The position numbers and the translations under genes are program-made. Source: Squalus acanthias (lineage: Eukaryota). From it: a stretch of 64,000 nucleotides of DNA. The stretch is taken from positions 95,916,001 to 95,980,000 of the forward strand of contig CM059431.1 in the NCBI GenBank assembly GCA_030390025.1, given 5' to 3'. The notes under the pieces were generated by a model. It had not been told where the DNA came from, ran no database searches, and saw only the letters and a list, made by a program, of their open reading frames with translations. Below are positions 60,501 through 64,000 of this stretch, one piece after another; the stretch's first letter is position 1; the number at the start of each line of letters is the position of its first letter.

Positions 60501-61913
60501 TACAGCCATATTCATTGGTCCGCTGCTCGGCAGGAGATGGATTTTAACTTTATGTTTAGATAAACTGGAAAAATTCAATCTTTGGTTTTTTAAACATGAA
60601 TGTACAGAAACGGGGGCAGCTTCTCATCCCATTTGCGCCCGGTTTGAGCCCAGGAATGGATTCCAAGAGCCGGCTGAACAGAGGCGACTATGGCAGCCCC
60701 ACCTTCCCACAATGCAACATGGCGGAGAAAAGGCACCATCGATAGCTCAGTCCGCACTGCACTCTGGGGATTGAGTCACCTGACCCCGTGTTTTGGCCAA
60801 TAATAAAAATCTATTCCTGTATTCAAATTGGAAAAGCAGCTGGTTTCTTTAAGTGAATGTTCTAGATATATGTATTTTAATTACAAATTTTAGTTCTTAT
60901 AGTACATTTTAAATAGCTTTGCTGCTGTAAATTAAAGTATAAAAAACTCTGATTTGTACCATTATTTGAGAAGAAGGTAGTTTTGTGTGTGATATTTTTC
61001 CCCATCCGAAAACAAAATCGTAACCCGACAAAAATTCCTGTAAGTTACTACAATCAAGGTTAATTGTCAGGTAAAGATGTGCCGCATGCCTCCAATCAGA
61101 AAAGTATTTCACCATGGAAACTATCATCAAGCCATTTAAACAAGAAAGTGTATTTGAAAAGGCTGAGCTGTAACATTCTCCCTTTCTCACTTCATAACCT
61201 GCCTGAGTGTGGGATTTGCAAATGCCTTTTCATAGAGGCAGGGCTAACCCAGAAAATAGAGCAACGGTGAAAAGTCTCTATTCAAAATTATAGGCCCTGC
61301 TGGATGCTAAGCGAGAAAGCAAGGTACATTGCTGATACCCTGGATGGACATGTGCAATTCTGATCCCGAGGTGATAAATCACAATCCTGTGTGAGTCTCT
61401 TTTTTGCAAATCAGTGAAGGATGCTGGAAAAGGTGAATAAATAATATTTTTTGTAACACTTGGGAGGGGTCATTCCAATTGAAACAAAAACCATTTTAAT
61501 GAGGAGCACGAATCAGGCCTGATCTATTAGGAGTATTGAATCGGAAAATTTACCACACTAGCTCTCTTCCTGATCAGATTTGGACTGGCATCGCAACGAA
61601 AAGAGTAAATCATAAAACAGCTCCAAATCATTCTTTTCAGCTACAGAAAAAAATAAGTAAATTTTTCAAGTTGATTTTCCATTCAGAGCAACATGGGCTG
61701 CACAACCACGATTTGCCAAGATACGCTCCATGATTGTCACTTCCCATAGGGAGCACGAAATTGCAGTATCACCCGATTAACCCGTCTTCTCTTTCTAGTT
61801 GCTGACATGCTTGTTGCGCATTTCCAGCATTTTTAGTTTGCATTACAGATGGAGTAGTGAAGCTCCTTCACAAAGAGTGAGGAACCAGACATAGTAGGGA
61901 TTACCGAGACATA

Positions 61914-63270
61914 GGGCAGGATTTTCCCTGCGGAGGTGGGATGGCGGCGGGAGAGCTGGTTAGCGGGTTCCGGTCCCGTCTGTAGCCGCTCTCTGAAAAT
62001 GATTTTCTGTAGATTGGCCTTGCTAAGCCTGCCCTGCGGGGTTCCTGGCCAATTAACAGGAAACGGGTCATTTGATGACGTGCCATCAGCCGGTTTCCTT
62101 AAAGGGACCACGGCCACATTGATTTTGACAGTTGTGCTGTCAGTGTTCTGCAGCATTGAGGTGCTGCAAACACGGACAAGCACTGCACAAAAGTGCACGT
62201 CTGCACACAGGCTCACACATGACTACCTCCAGCATGCAGGGAGGTCCTCTTCCCTTCCCTTGGGCGAAAGAGACCTCCACAGGAGATCAACGCAGTCTAT
62301 TTGCACATTGCACAGGACACAAGCAGGGATGTCATCAGGAGCCCCTGGCTGCAGTGGTGCCAACCTTTCAATGATCTCAGTAGATCACGAAACGTTACTG
62401 CAAAGCCACACTCAAACTCATCCTGCTGTGCCACGCATCACATCCCCATCACTCTGCCTTCCCTACCCTACTCCTGCACATCCTTACTCACACCACCTTA
62501 CCTTGCACCTCCATCCATCACCCATCCCTCTCTATCTACATTATCACTTCCCCATCTCACTAGCCACCCCTCACACTCACCCTCATCCTACTGCAAGCAT
62601 ACCAACGAACAACACACAAGGGTAGGCACTTGAGAGGTTTAGCAAATGTTCATGTGAAGTTTCTGTGAATGTGTTGTCAAACATTGAAATCCATATTTTC
62701 AACACTTCACCTTATTGGACAGATCTGTGAGCACCTTGAGAAATGTCTTAGTGAGTTCTAGTGAATGTTAAGGCATAACTCCCCTCCCCCCCCCCTCACT
62801 ATTGTGATGGGTGTGAAAGAAATGGCTTGGACATTATATGGATTCTTTATGGTGCTGGTGTGGGATGGTGTCAACCTGGCGCATCATGTGGCAGCCAGGG
62901 TATACAATGTCAAGTGAAGTAAATCTGGCCATGGTGATGCCATCGCTGGCCTCCCAGACAGCAATGTTGTCAGGTGCTGATGCCCTGTGTAGCATCAAGT
63001 GATGCTGGAGAAGGTTGGTGTTGTTGTTGGCGATGTTGTTAGTGTTGTTGTTGGCGATGTTGGTGTGCCTGGTGATGTTGGTGTTGGGGCTGATCGTGGA
63101 AGGATTCAGGGGACGAAGGTGTGATTTTTCCAAGGGCCGATGTTGCTGGAATAGATGGCAGCTGCAGTTGAGATGACAGAAGCGTTCTGTCAATGGTGAG
63201 AGAGGTTGTTCCAATGAGGTGTCACTGGATATACAGCTGGCTCTAAACACTTGCAACCTAAATAAATCGC
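61914..63270 (+). mobile_element. Harbinger remnant: left end and decayed Myb exon/intron
   Basis: GGGCAGGATTTTCCC terminus; TGG..CAGTG..TTCAATGATCT Myb-like segment followed by a C/A-rich intron-like tract. Confidence 0.6.
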
Positions 63271-63273
63271 TAT

Positions 63274-64000
63274 GGCCGCGATTTTATCATTGGTGGCGGG
63301 TTGGGTGCGGGTCAGGTGGTCGGTGGGTTCTGGTCCCACCGCCGCTTTCAGCTGGTCAGAAATAGCAATTTTACCTTAATTGGCCTTCTTGAATCCCTGC
63401 GTGCGTGCTACCCGGGCCAATTAGTGGTTTCGGGTCTGCTGCTCACCTCTGCTGACGTCTGTCAGCCAGCTGCATTTAAGGGGCTCATGCAACATTGTTT
63501 CATTTTCATCCTTTTATGTTGGTTTTCATGCTGTCAACTGCTCCCATGACTGCTGCAAGAGCCAAGGCGTCTCCCCACTTTGATGATGACTCCCTCATCA
63601 CGGGCAGCAATATGCTCGTGTGCTGCTTGAGCTGGCTCATCCGCCTCCGCAAGGTCTTCCTCCTCCTCCTCCTCTATGCGCTGAGCCACTTGTTCCTCAG
63701 GCAGCTGCAAGCCACGATGCTGTGCGATGTTGTGTAGTGCACAGCAGACCACGACGATTCTGGAGACCCTGGCTGCTGAGTACTGTAGGGCTCCACCTGA
63801 TCTGTCAAGGCCTCAATCGCATTTTGAGCAAGCCAATGGTTTGTTCGATGATGGCTCTGGTGGAAATGTGGCTGGCATTGTCACACTCCTCAGCTTCGTT
63901 TGATGGCCTCCTCAACGGCGTCATTAGCCACATCATCAGGGGATAGCCCTTGTCTCCAAGTAGCCATCTGGAAAGTTGGGTTGGCGGATTGAAGAGCGGA
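63274..64000. mobile_element. Harbinger deletion derivative running off the window; transposase C-terminus on the minus strand (~63595-64000)
   Basis: GGCCGCGATTTT terminus; Myb start MTAARAKASPHFDDDSL fused to the transposase end ([38 protein letters not shown]). Confidence 0.8.

Overview
Eukaryotic, repeat-dominated vertebrate DNA. It is most likely a cartilaginous fish (shark), inferred from HE1-type V-SINE and SacSINE1/DeuSINE-type SINEs and from abundant CR1 LINEs and Harbinger elements. I recognise no host protein-coding gene, rRNA, tRNA gene or CRISPR array; the window looks like a large intron or gene desert. Main contents: (1) a 26-bp satellite (about 7.3-19.4 kb) interrupted by a duplicated CR1 fragment and by a nested stack (CR1 < Penelope-type short element < near-complete CR1 with an intact ORF2); (2) a full-length but decayed CR1 with tandem 312-313-bp 5'UTR monomers; (3) many truncated CR1, L2 and SINE copies; (4) two decayed two-gene PIF/Harbinger transposons (Myb/SANT-like gene convergent with a HARBI1-like DDE transposase), their deletion derivatives, and a MITE family with AAT target duplications. 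Most interesting signals: two diverged CR1 lineages both end ORF1 in a correctly phased U_UUA_AAC slippery heptamer followed by a stop, with ORF2 in the -1 frame, suggesting -1 programmed frameshifting; and two unrelated short elements carry 37-nt minimal hammerhead-ribozyme motifs of identical architecture. Family names rest on motif recognition, not database searches, and boundaries of old repeats are approximate.
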